From Podarcis filfolensis (taxonomy: Eukaryota), in NCBI GenBank assembly GCA_964270895.1, contig OZ185439.1: a DNA stretch of 64,000 bases; one strand, written 5' to 3'. The notes under the pieces were generated by a model. That model saw only the letters and a program-made list of their open reading frames with translations, searched no databases and was not told the DNA's origin. Below, one piece after another: positions 1 through 11,080 of the stretch. Position numbers and translations under genes: made by a program. The stretch's first letter is position 1; each line of letters begins with the position of its first letter.

Positions 1-781
1 ATGTCAAGACTGCACACATGATGCATGCGAACAGGGAGCCTTGAAGGATCATATCTGGGCTCTGTTTGGATACCTATAGCACTCTTCCAATATTTGCTGC
101 TACCTGCCTACCTATCTAGCTAGTTCCAACTGTCAATGGGATCCTGTGAATTTCCCAGGCCACTTACAGGCATTTTCTCTTTTGATCCTAAATATTCAAA
201 TTTGAATGTTTTTTGAGACTAAATCCAATCCACCCTCGCTGAACAGAACTGGATTTTTTAAATCACCTTATGGGGTTTGACAATAAATTATTAAGGCCAT
301 TTGATCTCTCATGCTTCACCAAGCTATGGAGCTGTAACTAATGACTAATTGGATGAGATAATGTCAAAACCATCACATATTCGCTAACTTTCTGCTAGCG
401 TTGGAATTTCGCCAGCATTATTCACAAATACAGATATTACTACTGGTGCCTTAGCGAGCAGTGAAGCAACACTGAAAAAGCAGGGGTTCATTTACTATAT
501 TTTATTGAACATGCCATCTGTGCTTGCATGGGTTACAGGTGATATCCAGGTAAGTCTTAGTAGGCTGAAGTGAAGAATCTGATCATAGCAGCATTTCTTC
601 CCTACCCCTTGCCATCTACCTGTCAATCACAATTGTTGGAGAATGTATGGGAAGAGATTCTTACTCTATTGTAGCAGAGTTAGCACAAAGGCTGAGTTTT
701 CCAAGCTCCTTTTAAAGCCTGGTTATATTTTACATCTGCCCTCATCCACCTTTAAACAAACGTTCTCCATTAAAATACTTA

Positions 782-1148
782 AGTAAAGGTAAAGGTACCC
801 CTGCCCGTACGGGCCAGTCGTGTCCGACTCTGGGGTTGGGTGCTCATCTCGCTCTAGAGGCCGTGAGCTGGCGCCGTCCGAAGACACTTCCGGGTCACGT
901 GGCCAGCGTGACGAAGCTGCTCTGGCGAGCCGGCACCAGCGCAGCACACGGAAACGCCGTTTACCTTCCCGCTATAAAGCGGTCCCTATTTATCTACTTG
1001 CACTTAAGAGTGCTTTCGAACTGCTAGGTGGGCAGGAGCTGGGACCGAACGACGGACGCTCACCCCGCTGCGGGGATTCGAACCGCCGACCATACGATCA
1101 GCAAGTCCTAGGCGCTGAGGTTTAACCCACAGGGCCACCCGCGTCCCT
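782..1148 (-). mobile_element. Sauria SINE, full length, variant 3' tail
   Basis: The minus strand reads GGGACGCGGGTGGC...tRNA-like head...CCCCAGAGTCGGACACGACTGGCCCGTACGGGCAGGGGTACCTTTACCTTTAC. It is flanked by a 13-bp TSD, ATTAAAATACTTA (769-781 and 1150-1162). Confidence 0.95.
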
Positions 1149-3269
1149 TATTAAAATACTTAGGCTAGAATAAATCGCAAACATGTAAAGGAGGAGATGG
1201 GAAGAGGTTTTTGCTTACTGAGCTGTCTGTCAGGTAACTTGAACCATTACAGACTCCCTGCCTCCTTTCTCCTGGCTACAGCCAGAGGGAATCCCACCAG
1301 TGGCACTTCCACCCACTGACACGTTTGGTGAGTGGAAGAAGGAGCTTCATACCAGTAGAGTGATGCTCATGGGAGACCAACAGTAGCCAGAAGCGCTGGG
1401 GAGTGACATCTCCCCTCAATCTACCCTCCCCACATATACACATAAGCAAAGGGTGTCTGGATTGCTCTACCAGTAACTTTAGGTACTTAATAATAATTCT
1501 TTTAGTGTTGTTATATATTGGTACTATTACTATAAATTTTTCATATGCTCTAACCAGAGATAGTCCCCATTTGCAGGTATCTGTCGTCATATGTTTTTTG
1601 GAAGAGATGTTGAGTGTTTGTGTGTCTCTCTGTGTGTGATATTCTTACATTTAGTTCCCACCATGGAATCCAAAATGACACACATGTGATTCCTATGAGG
1701 TTTCCCATCTAAGGCAATGACCCAACTCAGATAAGATAATGGTCTTCTGTGCCTTCAAACCAGGAGTAGAACAGGAGTAGACAGACTTTGGCTTGTGGTG
1801 TCCACTTTGTTTTAAATAAGGTCTACCAGCCAGAGCCAGGTGCAAATTAGTGGCTCAGGTGGGCAGACATAAGGTAAGAATAAGGAAACGCCATGGCACT
1901 AGTGCTCAAAACCAGAACCAAGCTTACAAGTTCTTTCACATAAGCCATTCTCTATTTTCATCTGCAAAATGTTAGGGGATACATCATTATTAACAGCAAT
2001 TCTTTGTGCACAGATTCTTCATATGTGGCAAGGTATGGATTTGGTACTTAGGTGCATCTTGCCAAATATAAAGAAATAAAATAAAGTGAGAATCAGCCAC
2101 GTCTGCAGGTTCACAACCATTGAATACCTGAATCTTGCAGATGTTCATGACTTTTCATTCCCTTTTCAATCTTTCATCTGTTAGGCTGCAAATTTATATA
2201 TTGTGATGCGTTTCTAAGTTGAAGGCTCTTTATGACTATGCAACATTCTGCTGTAGTGCTTGTCAACTATTTTTCTCTTCTTTTGGTGTAGCTGTATTTG
2301 AAAGCCTTAATGGGAACGGTGCTATTAACATTAACACTCATAACGGAGCTACCATTTGATGCTGGAAACACTCTTATAATCCCATTACATACCATAATGC
2401 AGCCATTTAGATAGTCATTATTGGAAAAAACCTACTACAGCAAGTTTTCAGAGAACATTTTATTGGTATATTATCAAAGCTATACCAAAAATACAATTGT
2501 AAATGTATTTATTTATTGGTGTTCTTAACCTACTCTGTCCCCACAAGTCCACAGTTGGTAATAATATTTAAATCTCAAGTGTTAAGAGTCCTTGAACTAT
2601 ATAAAATACAATTATGGGACATGATACAGCAGAATGAAAGTATTTTAAAGGCTCCCAGAATAGCTTTGATAGGGCAAATGACTCCCATAAGCCAGTCATT
2701 TTGAACCCGAAGTTTAATCGGATGGGGGGGGATCAAGGTAGACTAGAAATCAGATTAAAAATCAACAGGGGCAGAGGCTGAAGGATGGAAAAGTAGGTCA
2801 CTTAGGTTTCTATGGAATGGATCGGTCTTTAAATCCATATGCAGATAACACACACATAAGCTCCTACTGAGCAGGATTTAGTGCCCTGCTCATCAGGCAT
2901 TTAAGTCAATGCAAGATTTAACCCCACTATCTCACTCATAAGATGACGTCATGAGTGATGGCAGTTGGTGAGCAGGGATGCATGGTTTCAAGCAAAATAC
3001 CTCTCAGGCCAACTTAGATCTCCGGATGGGCCAAGACTGGGCCATGGGTTTGAAGCTCCTCTCCTCTGCTCTACTGTATAGTGCTGGATAGGCCTTCACT
3101 ATCTTATCTAACAGTCTCTAAAATGGGAGCACATGGGGAGCCAAGGATCTTCAACTTAGAAAGGGGTGTGTGTCACAGGCTTCAGCAGCTGAGTATTCAA
3201 CATTTTTGTTCATTCACTCTTCAGAGAACTGTTCTGAAAATATGTGATTGGGAATTATTAGTAGTAGTA

Positions 3270-3500
3270 CAGTGGTACCTCGGGTTAAGTACTTAATTCG
3301 TTCCGGAGGTCCGTTCTTAACCTGAAACTGTTTTTAACCTGTAGCACCACTTTAGCTAATGGGGCCTCCCGCTGCCGCCGCACGATTTCTGTTCTCATCC
3401 TGAAGCAAAGTTCTTAACCCGAGGTACTATTTCTGGGTTAGCGGAGTCTGTAACCTGAAGCGCCTGTAACCTGAAGCGTATGTAACCCGAGGTACCACTG
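3270..3500 (+). mobile_element. Tigger/pogo-like MITE, family A (~230 bp)
   Basis: TIR CAGTGGTACCTCGGGTTA...TAACCCGAGGTACCACTG with TA on both sides; the internal sequence is shared with six other copies in the window. Confidence 0.92.
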
Positions 3501-5974
3501 TACTATTATTATTACTACAGCAGCCACTGTTAACTAATCAGTCACAGGGGATATAGGGTGGGGTGGGATTTTTTATTTTTTTTTTTGTATTTTCATGTTT
3601 ATGCCACTTCTTCAAGTGGTGAGAACTTCAAGGGCTGCAGTGCTTATCCAGTTTTGTTTCTTTCTGAAAGAGGTCACTGTAAACTCATTGACATTTTGTA
3701 ATATGCAGGTATAGCTTAAACGTGCCAAAAGACAGCCGAAGTCCACTGGTTCCACATCAGACCACCAGGGTGACATCCAGTACTAAACCATAGCTTAGTG
3801 CAAATGCTTGAGTGGTTGGGACCTGGAGAGAGATCACATCTGCTTTGCTCCTCCTCCAGACCTGCTGCTGCTGCTGTGCTGCTGTGAGCAACACCGTGGT
3901 TTGACTTGGCATGCCAACCAAATCCAAGCTTCTGGTTTATATCACTCCAGCTGTATCACATGAGCTGTAACTCAGGTTTGTTCTTGGTTTACAGATTATG
4001 GTTTATCTGAAAAAGACAAACCTTGAGCCCGGAGTCAGACAACATGCTAAACCAAACCTTGGCTTAGCTCTCAGTAGCCTAGAAGCAGATGAACTGGAGG
4101 AGTAGTAAAGTGGTCACCATCTCCTCTCTAGGAACCTGCATGATTTGGCTTAGAATTCTATGCAAACAGAGACTCTGTTTTTCTCAGCCCCATCCAAAGT
4201 TCATTGTTCTTTTGATACCTGAAAATCTGAATGAGGTGGAAATCTGGAGGCAGCAGAGGCAGAAGACAGCCGTCATGGCTAAGTTGCCATCTGGCATCTT
4301 CATTCACCATAGAAGCAATCCCTGTGCCTGATAAATGAATGTGGGTGTTGGTGTGTAGGTTTTTCCCCTCAGCAAAGTCCCCTCTTAGCTCCAGAGTCAG
4401 ATCTCTTTCTGGTTTTTTGTTGTTGTTTTTTTTGGTTTTTTTTTGGCGGGGGGGGGGGGGGGACACTTGCAAGCTTTATTAATAGAACGAACAACCCCAA
4501 GTTCTCGCCTCGTTCCATTAATATGGATGCAGATAACAAGCGGTTCCTCTGCCACTCCACTATCATTTAGTAATAAATTAATACAACATTAGCCTAAGCC
4601 ATCTGAGATCTCCCTAATGGACCCAAAGAAAAGAAGCAATTATAATAACTCCCAGGACTTTGACAAATAAAAAGAAAGGAAAATAAGCTGGAAATAGTTG
4701 AGCGATCGGCAGCCTGGCGGACACGGCACAGGCTTGCCCTTGGTTTATCAGCTGCTTCCATGTCCCGAGGGGAGACAGGAGGGCCACGAAGCCCGAGGCA
4801 GCCGCAGGGCCCTCTTTGCGTGCTTGTAGCAGCGCCTTAAGGCTGCCTACAGTTGAACAAATCATCGGCTTTTATCGTGTTCCAAATAAGCCATCTGCTA
4901 ATAAAACATTGTGTGTTGCTGTTCAGCGCAAACAACAACTGTTACGTCTAGTTAATATTATTTTTCCAGGAGCCAATTCTTTTTTCGGTTCCCGATTAAG
5001 AAGCCAAATATTAACTCTAGCCCTTTGTGGCTCTTTTGCGGAGTTACGTTTGCAAGCAGCGATGAAGTAGCTGTGAGGCAGGAGGCACGCAAGCCTTCTC
5101 AACGCTGTTTGCTGTTCAGTCCCTTCAGTGCGCTGAATAAGTTTCCGAAGCAAATGTCTTCTGATTTTCCGTGATAAGGCAATATACACAACAATCACAT
5201 GCTGTTTTGCTGAAGAAATGGCTTCATAGCTTAAACTTTCCCTGAAATGGGATGCTTTAAGTCAAGGGTGGGGAACCTTTTTCCAGCCCACTGTTTCCTT
5301 CTGGGCAATTTTCCAGGGGACACATGCCAGGGGTGGGAAGGGCCAGAGGCAAAAGTGGGCGGAGCTGTGGATGTAAGTTTTATCTTTCTACACACACCAA
5401 TCTATCCTGCATTGAGCCTTTCCTCTCCCCAGAAATGAGATTCCCTACTCCCTATTCAAAGCACCCAGCAACCTTGGGCAGCATGTCCTGGCAGGAGCTG
5501 GCACAAGCCCCTCTGTGCGCACATTTTGCTGCTAATAACATGGCAGCATTTGCCATTTTAAATGTCCCACCATGCCTTGGGCACTACGGAATGGTAAAAA
5601 CAGTGGACAGCTGGCCAGATCTAGCCACTGCTGACAGGTACACCAGTGACCCCCAAGGTGGCGGGGCACTGGTCCTGCTTTTAACGTTGTTAGAAACGCA
5701 TGGGTCACAGTTCTACTTCCCATTGGCAGCGTGTGGGGTAGGGTGGAGCCACAGGGGCACCCTCCCAGCAATCCACTGCTGATCACTTGGATGCAGCTGG
5801 GGTGGGGCAGGACAGCAGTGAAGTCAGGGGGTGCTCCTCCCCTGGTGGACCCACACAGCCGTGGTCTAGCCATTGTCCCGCTCCTCCGCAATCTTGTCTA
5901 GGTAAGTAGCAGTGATGCCGACACTGGTGTCAAAAGGCTGGATTTGCTGCTCTGCCCCATCATACACATCAATA

Positions 5975-6189
5975 CAGTGGTACCTTGGGTTAAGAACTTC
6001 ATTCATTCTGGAGGTCCGTTCTTAACCTGAAACTGTTCTTAACCTGAGGTACCACTTTAGCTAATGGGGCCTCCCACAGCCGCCGCGTAATTTCTGTTCT
6101 CATCCTGAGGTAAAGTTCTTAACCCAAGGTACTATTTCTGGGTTAGCAGAGTCTGTAACCTGAAGCATTTGTAACCTGAGATACCACTG
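5975..6189 (+). mobile_element. Tigger/pogo-like MITE, family A
   Basis: TA-CAGTGGTACCTTGGGTTA...GATACCACTG-TA, with the same internal sequence as 3270-3500. Confidence 0.9.
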
Positions 6190-6199
6190 TACTGCTATT

Positions 6200-6338
6200 G
6201 GGTAGCTCAGTTGGTTAGTGTGTGGTGCTGATAAAGCCAAGGTTTCAGATTTGATCCCCAAATGGGACAGCTGCATATTCCTTTATTGCAGGGGGTTAGA
6301 CGAGATGATCCTCAGGGTCGCTTCCAACTCTATGATTC
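6200..6338 (+). mobile_element. tRNA-derived SINE with CR1-like 3' tail
   Basis: The head GGTAGCTCAGTTGGTTAG contains an A-box and a degenerate B-box; the element ends GATGATCCTCAGGGTCGCTTCCAACTCTATGATTC, resembling a CR1 3' terminus. Confidence 0.75.
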
Positions 6339-6548
6339 CCCCAACCTCGCGAAAACAAAGTGCAGAATGGCTACTATAGAGCTCTGGTATCATCTCCACT
6401 CTCCCAGGAACAACTCCCCTCTGGTAGTTTACCCTACTTTTCCTCACAGAGCTGTGAGGAACCCCAAACAAACTTCAATTCTCAGGGTTCTTTAGGGGAA
6501 ATGTGCTTTAAGTGTATGGGGGGTGACCTGAAACCATGTGAATCAGAC

Positions 6549-6582
6549 TCCCAGGCAGTCTCCTATCCAGGCACTGATCAGG
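6549..6582 (-). pseudogene. 5S rRNA-derived fragment (SINE3-like or 5S relic)
   Basis: TCCCAGGCAGTCTCCTATCCAGGCACTGATCAGG matches the reverse complement of vertebrate 5S rRNA (recalled sequence) at 28/34 positions. Confidence 0.6.
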
Positions 6583-6632
6583 GTAAGGCTTCCCTAGGCT
6601 TAACATCATAGCAGCAGCAACTCCCCTTAGGC

Positions 6633-6768
6633 CAGTGATGGCCAAATGCGGCCTTCCAGCTGTTTTGGGACTACAACTCCCATCATCCCTAGCTAACAGG
6701 ACCAGTGGTCAGGGATGATAGGAATTGTAGTCCCCAAACAGCTGGAGGGTCAAGTTTGGCCATCACTG
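6633..6768. mobile_element. hAT (Charlie/Buster-type) hairpin MITE
   Basis: TIR CAGTGATGGCCAAA...TTTGGCCATCACTG with a largely palindromic body; perfect 8-bp TSD CCTTAGGC (6625-6632 and 6769-6776). Confidence 0.92.
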
Positions 6769-6975
6769 CCTTAGGCCATTCTTCAGAAATCTGAACCTTC
6801 AACCCACTTTGGACCATCAAGTGTAGCAGGAATGGGTTTGCACAATATGACTTGCCTTGAAAGTGGTACAAGAAACTAGCTATTCAAAGTCACCACCACC
6901 CTTAAAAAACGGCCACCATGAGTCAGTCCACCACACTGCTTCTTTGCTGCAGGATCTCTTCTGCTAAAGCAATCT

Positions 6976-7085
6976 TTGCAAACCTGATGCCTTCCAGGTG
7001 TTTTGGACTATAATTCCTATCAACCCCCGCCAGCATCTTTTGTAGTTCCAAACATCTGGAGGGCACCAGGTTGGCAAAGTCTGCA
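6976..7085. mobile_element. Degenerate hairpin hAT MITE related to 6633-6768
   Basis: Shares the arms CCTTCCAG..TTTTGGACTA.AATTCC..TCA and TGTAGTTCCAAACATCTGGAGGG; the ends are eroded. Confidence 0.6.
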
Positions 7086-7131
7086 GTGAGGCTTCTTTTG
7101 CTCAGATGCCTGCTGAATTTGTTCAGCATTA

Positions 7132-7373
7132 CAGTGGTATCTCGGGTTACATACGCTTCAGGTTACATACGCTTCAGGTTACAGACTCTGCTAACCCAGA
7201 AATAGTACCTCGGGTTAAGAACTCTGCTTCAGGATGAGAACAGAAATTGGGCTCCGGTGGCGCAGCGGCAGCAGGAGGCCCCATTAGCTAAAGTGGTGCT
7301 TCAGGTTAAGAACAGTTTCATGTTAAGAACGGACCTCCGGAACGAATTAAGTACTTAACCTGAGGTACCACAA
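7132..7373 (-). mobile_element. Tigger/pogo-like MITE, family A (inverted)
   Basis: Reverse complement of the 3270 family, starting TA-CAGTGGTATCTCGGGTTAC; the right TIR is slightly mutated (GAGGTACCACAATA). Confidence 0.88.
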
Positions 7374-7984
7374 TATTAGGAATCTCGCTGTGGATTATTT
7401 GTACTATTCCTTAACCTTTAACATGTTTTATAGACACATGAGCTTATGAATCTTATGTATTTTTTCCTTGGGGGGAAATGACCTGGGCACAGTCATTCAT
7501 TCCCTGTAACCTGAAGGGCCCTAGGCTTGTAGAGGCTGTGCTGAGGCATGAGTTCCTAATACAGCTTCATCTAGAAAGCCATAGCAGTCCATAGCTTTAC
7601 TGTAACAAATTTGCTGATATTAAGTGGATTTGAACACACAGCAGGTGTCATAAACTTCTCCAATTGGGTTATACTGAACTCATCACTTTAATCCAACCGC
7701 TCCTATTACCCTTCACAGTAAACACAATCAAGATTTGAATCTAAACCTCTCATTCTCCCATCTCTGCATGCTATAAATGTTTCTGAACCGACAGGCGCTC
7801 ACATGATTGGATGTCATGTGCTGTAATGTTACCGCAGTAAACAGCACCATCTAGGGATCCACATTTGGATGATTTGTGCTTAAAGAATATTTGACATGTG
7901 GAATTAGCTGTACATACAGAGCAAGGTAGGTGTGTGTCGTTACTAGAGCTATGTGTGTTTTGAGTGATCCCAGAACTGAAGTAT

Positions 7985-8222
7985 TTGTTTATTAAATCAC
8001 ATTTAAATACCCGCTTTTCCTCCAAAGAAACTCTAAGGCAGCACACATGGTTCCCACCTCCCATTTTATCCCCACAACATCCCCAGGGGGAGCTTAGGCA
8101 GAGAGAGGGGGGGGAGGCAGGCTAGGCCCAAATACCCCAGCGAGCTTTATAATGGAGTTGGAATTTGAACTTGGGTCTGCCTGGTCCTGCTCCAGCATTC
8201 TGACAACTGCATCACACTGGAT
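7985..8222 (-). mobile_element. Old tRNA-derived (MIR/CORE-like) SINE
   Basis: Contains CCCATTTTATCCCCACAACA and GGAATTTGAACTTGGGTCT (reverse B-box) and ends ACTGCATCACACTGG; it resembles the reverse complement of 21411-21654. Confidence 0.6.
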
Positions 8223-8348
8223 CTCACTGTATTCCTTAACATGTTCACAACAAATGTGTTGTCTGCTACAGTGCATGAAAGTCAAGACTGCCACCACCGG
8301 GTGCCCCAAGCATAAAACCCAGTTAAGCATAAGGTCTATAGCTCATAG

Positions 8349-8947
8349 CGATATGGACTAAGGAGTGGTGGGAGGTACCAGCTGGGGAAGCTGCAAGGAA
8401 GCCCCCAGGGAAAGAAGGCTCAGAGCTCGGGCATGGTGGTGGCATGACGATGCGTGGTCAGAGAGAGAGAAGAGGGGGCAGACTGGGAGGAGGAGGAGAT
8501 GGCAGAAGCTGAAAAGGCAACAGGCTTTAGTGAGCAGGAAGAGGCTGGGACAGAGAGCAGTCCAGGTTCAGAGTCAGAAGCGGAGGCTGGAGGGGAGGTG
8601 GCCAAGAAGCAGAGATGAAACAGGCAGCTGAAGAATCCAGGGAGTCTACCCCTCCAGCTCCACTTCCAGTGATTTCCCAGAACCTGCAGAGGTATGAAGA
8701 GGACAGAGCAGAGACAGACAAGGCAAAGAACTCTCAGGTTGCTTGGGAAGGACCCAGGAGTGAAGGAGACTTAGGGAGTGGTGGGGAAGTGGGGACTTTC
8801 AATCCTTGCAACTACCTCATTGGGGCAGGATCTTCAAGGAAGTGTTGTTATGCTCACCAGGCCATGCTTCCTGAGCTGCTTGTTTCTTTGAATAAAGAGT
8901 TAGCTTCACTCACACGGGCGGTTTTTATTGGCGACCTACTCCTGACA
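8349..8947 (+). mobile_element. Putative solo LTR (Gypsy/ERV-like)
   Basis: A ~600-bp purine-rich body with AATAAA near 8891, ending CTCCTGACA; similar in style to the TSD-flanked element at 15857-16610. The 5' end is degenerate and no TSD was confirmed. Confidence 0.6.
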
Positions 8948-10689
8948 TTCAGCGGCAGAGCAACATGCTTTGAATGGGAAAGGTGCCATGTCCAGCCACT
9001 TGCTTCTGCAGGTAGGTCCCGTGTCCAGCCACTTGCCTCTGCCCGAGAGCTTGCAGGGCCACTGCAATGTAGACCACTGCTAGGAAACCTCCGACTTGCA
9101 GGCCTGATTAGGCCCAAGACCTTCACATTTGGCCTGTGAGGTAGACACCTGTACATCCCCTGCTGTCATATGATGTCAGGCCCTGGACTAGCAAAGCCAT
9201 GGTGCCGATTCCCAAAGGAAGAATTGGGAACACACTAAGGGCACTCCTGCCGCTTCAGTGCTTTTCGCATAGCCCTGCCTCCTGACCAGGAAAGACACCA
9301 AATGCACTCCCGAGTCTTCCTTTGCGGCCATGGCTTTAAATGTGAATCACCTGGTGTCGTATGATGTCAGGGGATTAGCATGTGTGTGGTCCTGCCCAAT
9401 GTCAAAGGGGCCCACCCCTGGCATTGGCAGTACTGAGCTGGCTAGACCAAAGGAGTAATTTGGCAGAAGGATGTGTTTCTGGATATTTGAACTCAAGCCT
9501 GAATCCCATGCCCTGCGTGCACAGTGCTTGTGGTTACAAACAGGGTATGTAAGAAGCAACTATGATACAAACACTTTGAATATGCTAATTGCCACGTTGC
9601 TCTGTAGGGATTAACCTCTTGCGCCCTGGAATAATAGGCGATTCCAATCTGTGAAGCTGAATGCCGGCTGAGGATTGAATGGCCATTCATGTCTGCTCCG
9701 CGATGATACGAAATTCATTTCCAAAGCTTCTTGAGGATACAAGTACTATTCTCTGAAATTTTCCCAGTAAAGTAAAATCCTCCTAAAATGATTAGCTTTC
9801 CGATTAATAACCTTGTAATCATTTCACACGGAAAGGGATTACAATTGCAAGCCTCATCCTCTACTATATTATTTACCTAAAAAAAAAAAAAAAGCTCGGC
9901 TTTAATTATGCTGGATATTATTGCCCCTCATTTTCAGGGCTGTTAATTTGTTTCATCAAATTAAGTCCCCATAATAAGTAAGGAGCAGAAAAGTTTATCT
10001 ATATTGCTTGTAGTTTATCTATGCTGCTCACTTAAATGCAGCATATGTTAAATGTTTCAAAGCCTTGACACCTCTGCTTTAGTTTCACTGCTCTGCTTTC
10101 AAATCAGGTGTTGATCATCTACTTTTAATACACTGGAGCACATCTAAGCCACGGCTGGAACCTTTAATGCTAAATTTTATGTAAACAACTAACCCGCAGA
10201 AGGGTTATGTTCACCATTTGTGGGAGAAATAGTGTGCTGGGATATTGAATTTCAAAGCTAGCTGGATTTCCAGCAGATGTGTTTGATGTCTGTCAAACTC
10301 TTTGCACTGCTTCAGTAGAACAGCATTCATTAACGTAAATGGCATGCAGTAAAAAGTGCTTTTCAGTGCACATTTAATATGTAGCATGTCTGGCTGCATT
10401 TTAACATTAGGGCAATCTATCCTAGTATTCAAAGCCATTTCAGCTGGTGATACTGTCCATGATAAGACCCGCCCCCCCAAATGGCCCTAAACAACCGCCG
10501 AGCCAGCAGTTCTCAGAAATATTCTTTAAAAAAAATAAAAAACCAAAGATTATTCTTTTCGTAACCTCCCTTCCTCATATTCTCTGAATGCTCTTCTCTT
10601 TTTATTTTCTGTGCCCATCTTGCCACATCCTGGAATAGCATGAGGCCAATGTCATGCCAAACTCTAAACTGATGCCAGAAACTGTATTT

Positions 10690-10785
10690 TAGTATTCTGC
10701 TGGAAGCCGCCCAGAGTGGCTGGGGAAACCCAGCCAGATAGGTGGGGTATAAATAATAATAATTAAATAAATTATTATTATTATC
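10690..10785 (+). mobile_element. 3' terminus of an L2/CR1-clade LINE
   Basis: GCCGCCCAGAGTGGCTGGGGAAACCCAGCCAGATAGGTGGGGTATAAAT followed by an (AAT/TTA)n tail; homologous to 24770-24895. Confidence 0.7.
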
Positions 10786-10865
10786 TGAATTCTCAGGGGA
10801 TGAACCAGTCACCCCATGAGCCAAGGAAGGACCTTGAGGAGCAGGCAGGACCTCTATATCCAATA

Positions 10866-11080
10866 CAGTCATACCTCAGGTTAAATGTGCTTCAGAGGTT
10901 GAGCGTTTTCAGGTTATGCTCCGCGGCCACTCACGCATGCACAGACGCTCAAAATTATGTCACGCGCATGCGCAGAAGCGGCAAGTTGCGACCCGCACAT
11001 GCGCAAATGCGGGTTGCGTTCGCTTCAGGAAGCGAAAGGGGCTCTGGAACAGATCCCGTTCACACCCAGAGGTACCACTG
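10866..11080. mobile_element. Tigger/pogo-like MITE, family B
   Basis: TA-CAGTCATACCTC...GAGGTACCACTG-TA; the CpG-rich interior is unrelated to family A. Confidence 0.85.

Noticed and set aside
820-1125. ORFs such as MAEGAGVQLPGHVASMTKPLL.. recurring across the window
   Set aside because: They are translations of Sauria SINE copies, not genes.
2943-2952. Perfect CRE palindrome ATGACGTCAT
   Set aside because: A single short motif with no supporting promoter context; it is plausible by chance.
6200-6275. tRNA gene
   Set aside because: The cloverleaf is degenerate and continues into a CR1-like tail, so it is a SINE head.
8365-9156. Overlapping 60-174-aa ORFs
   Set aside because: They fall within the purine-rich LTR-like element and show no gag or pol similarity.
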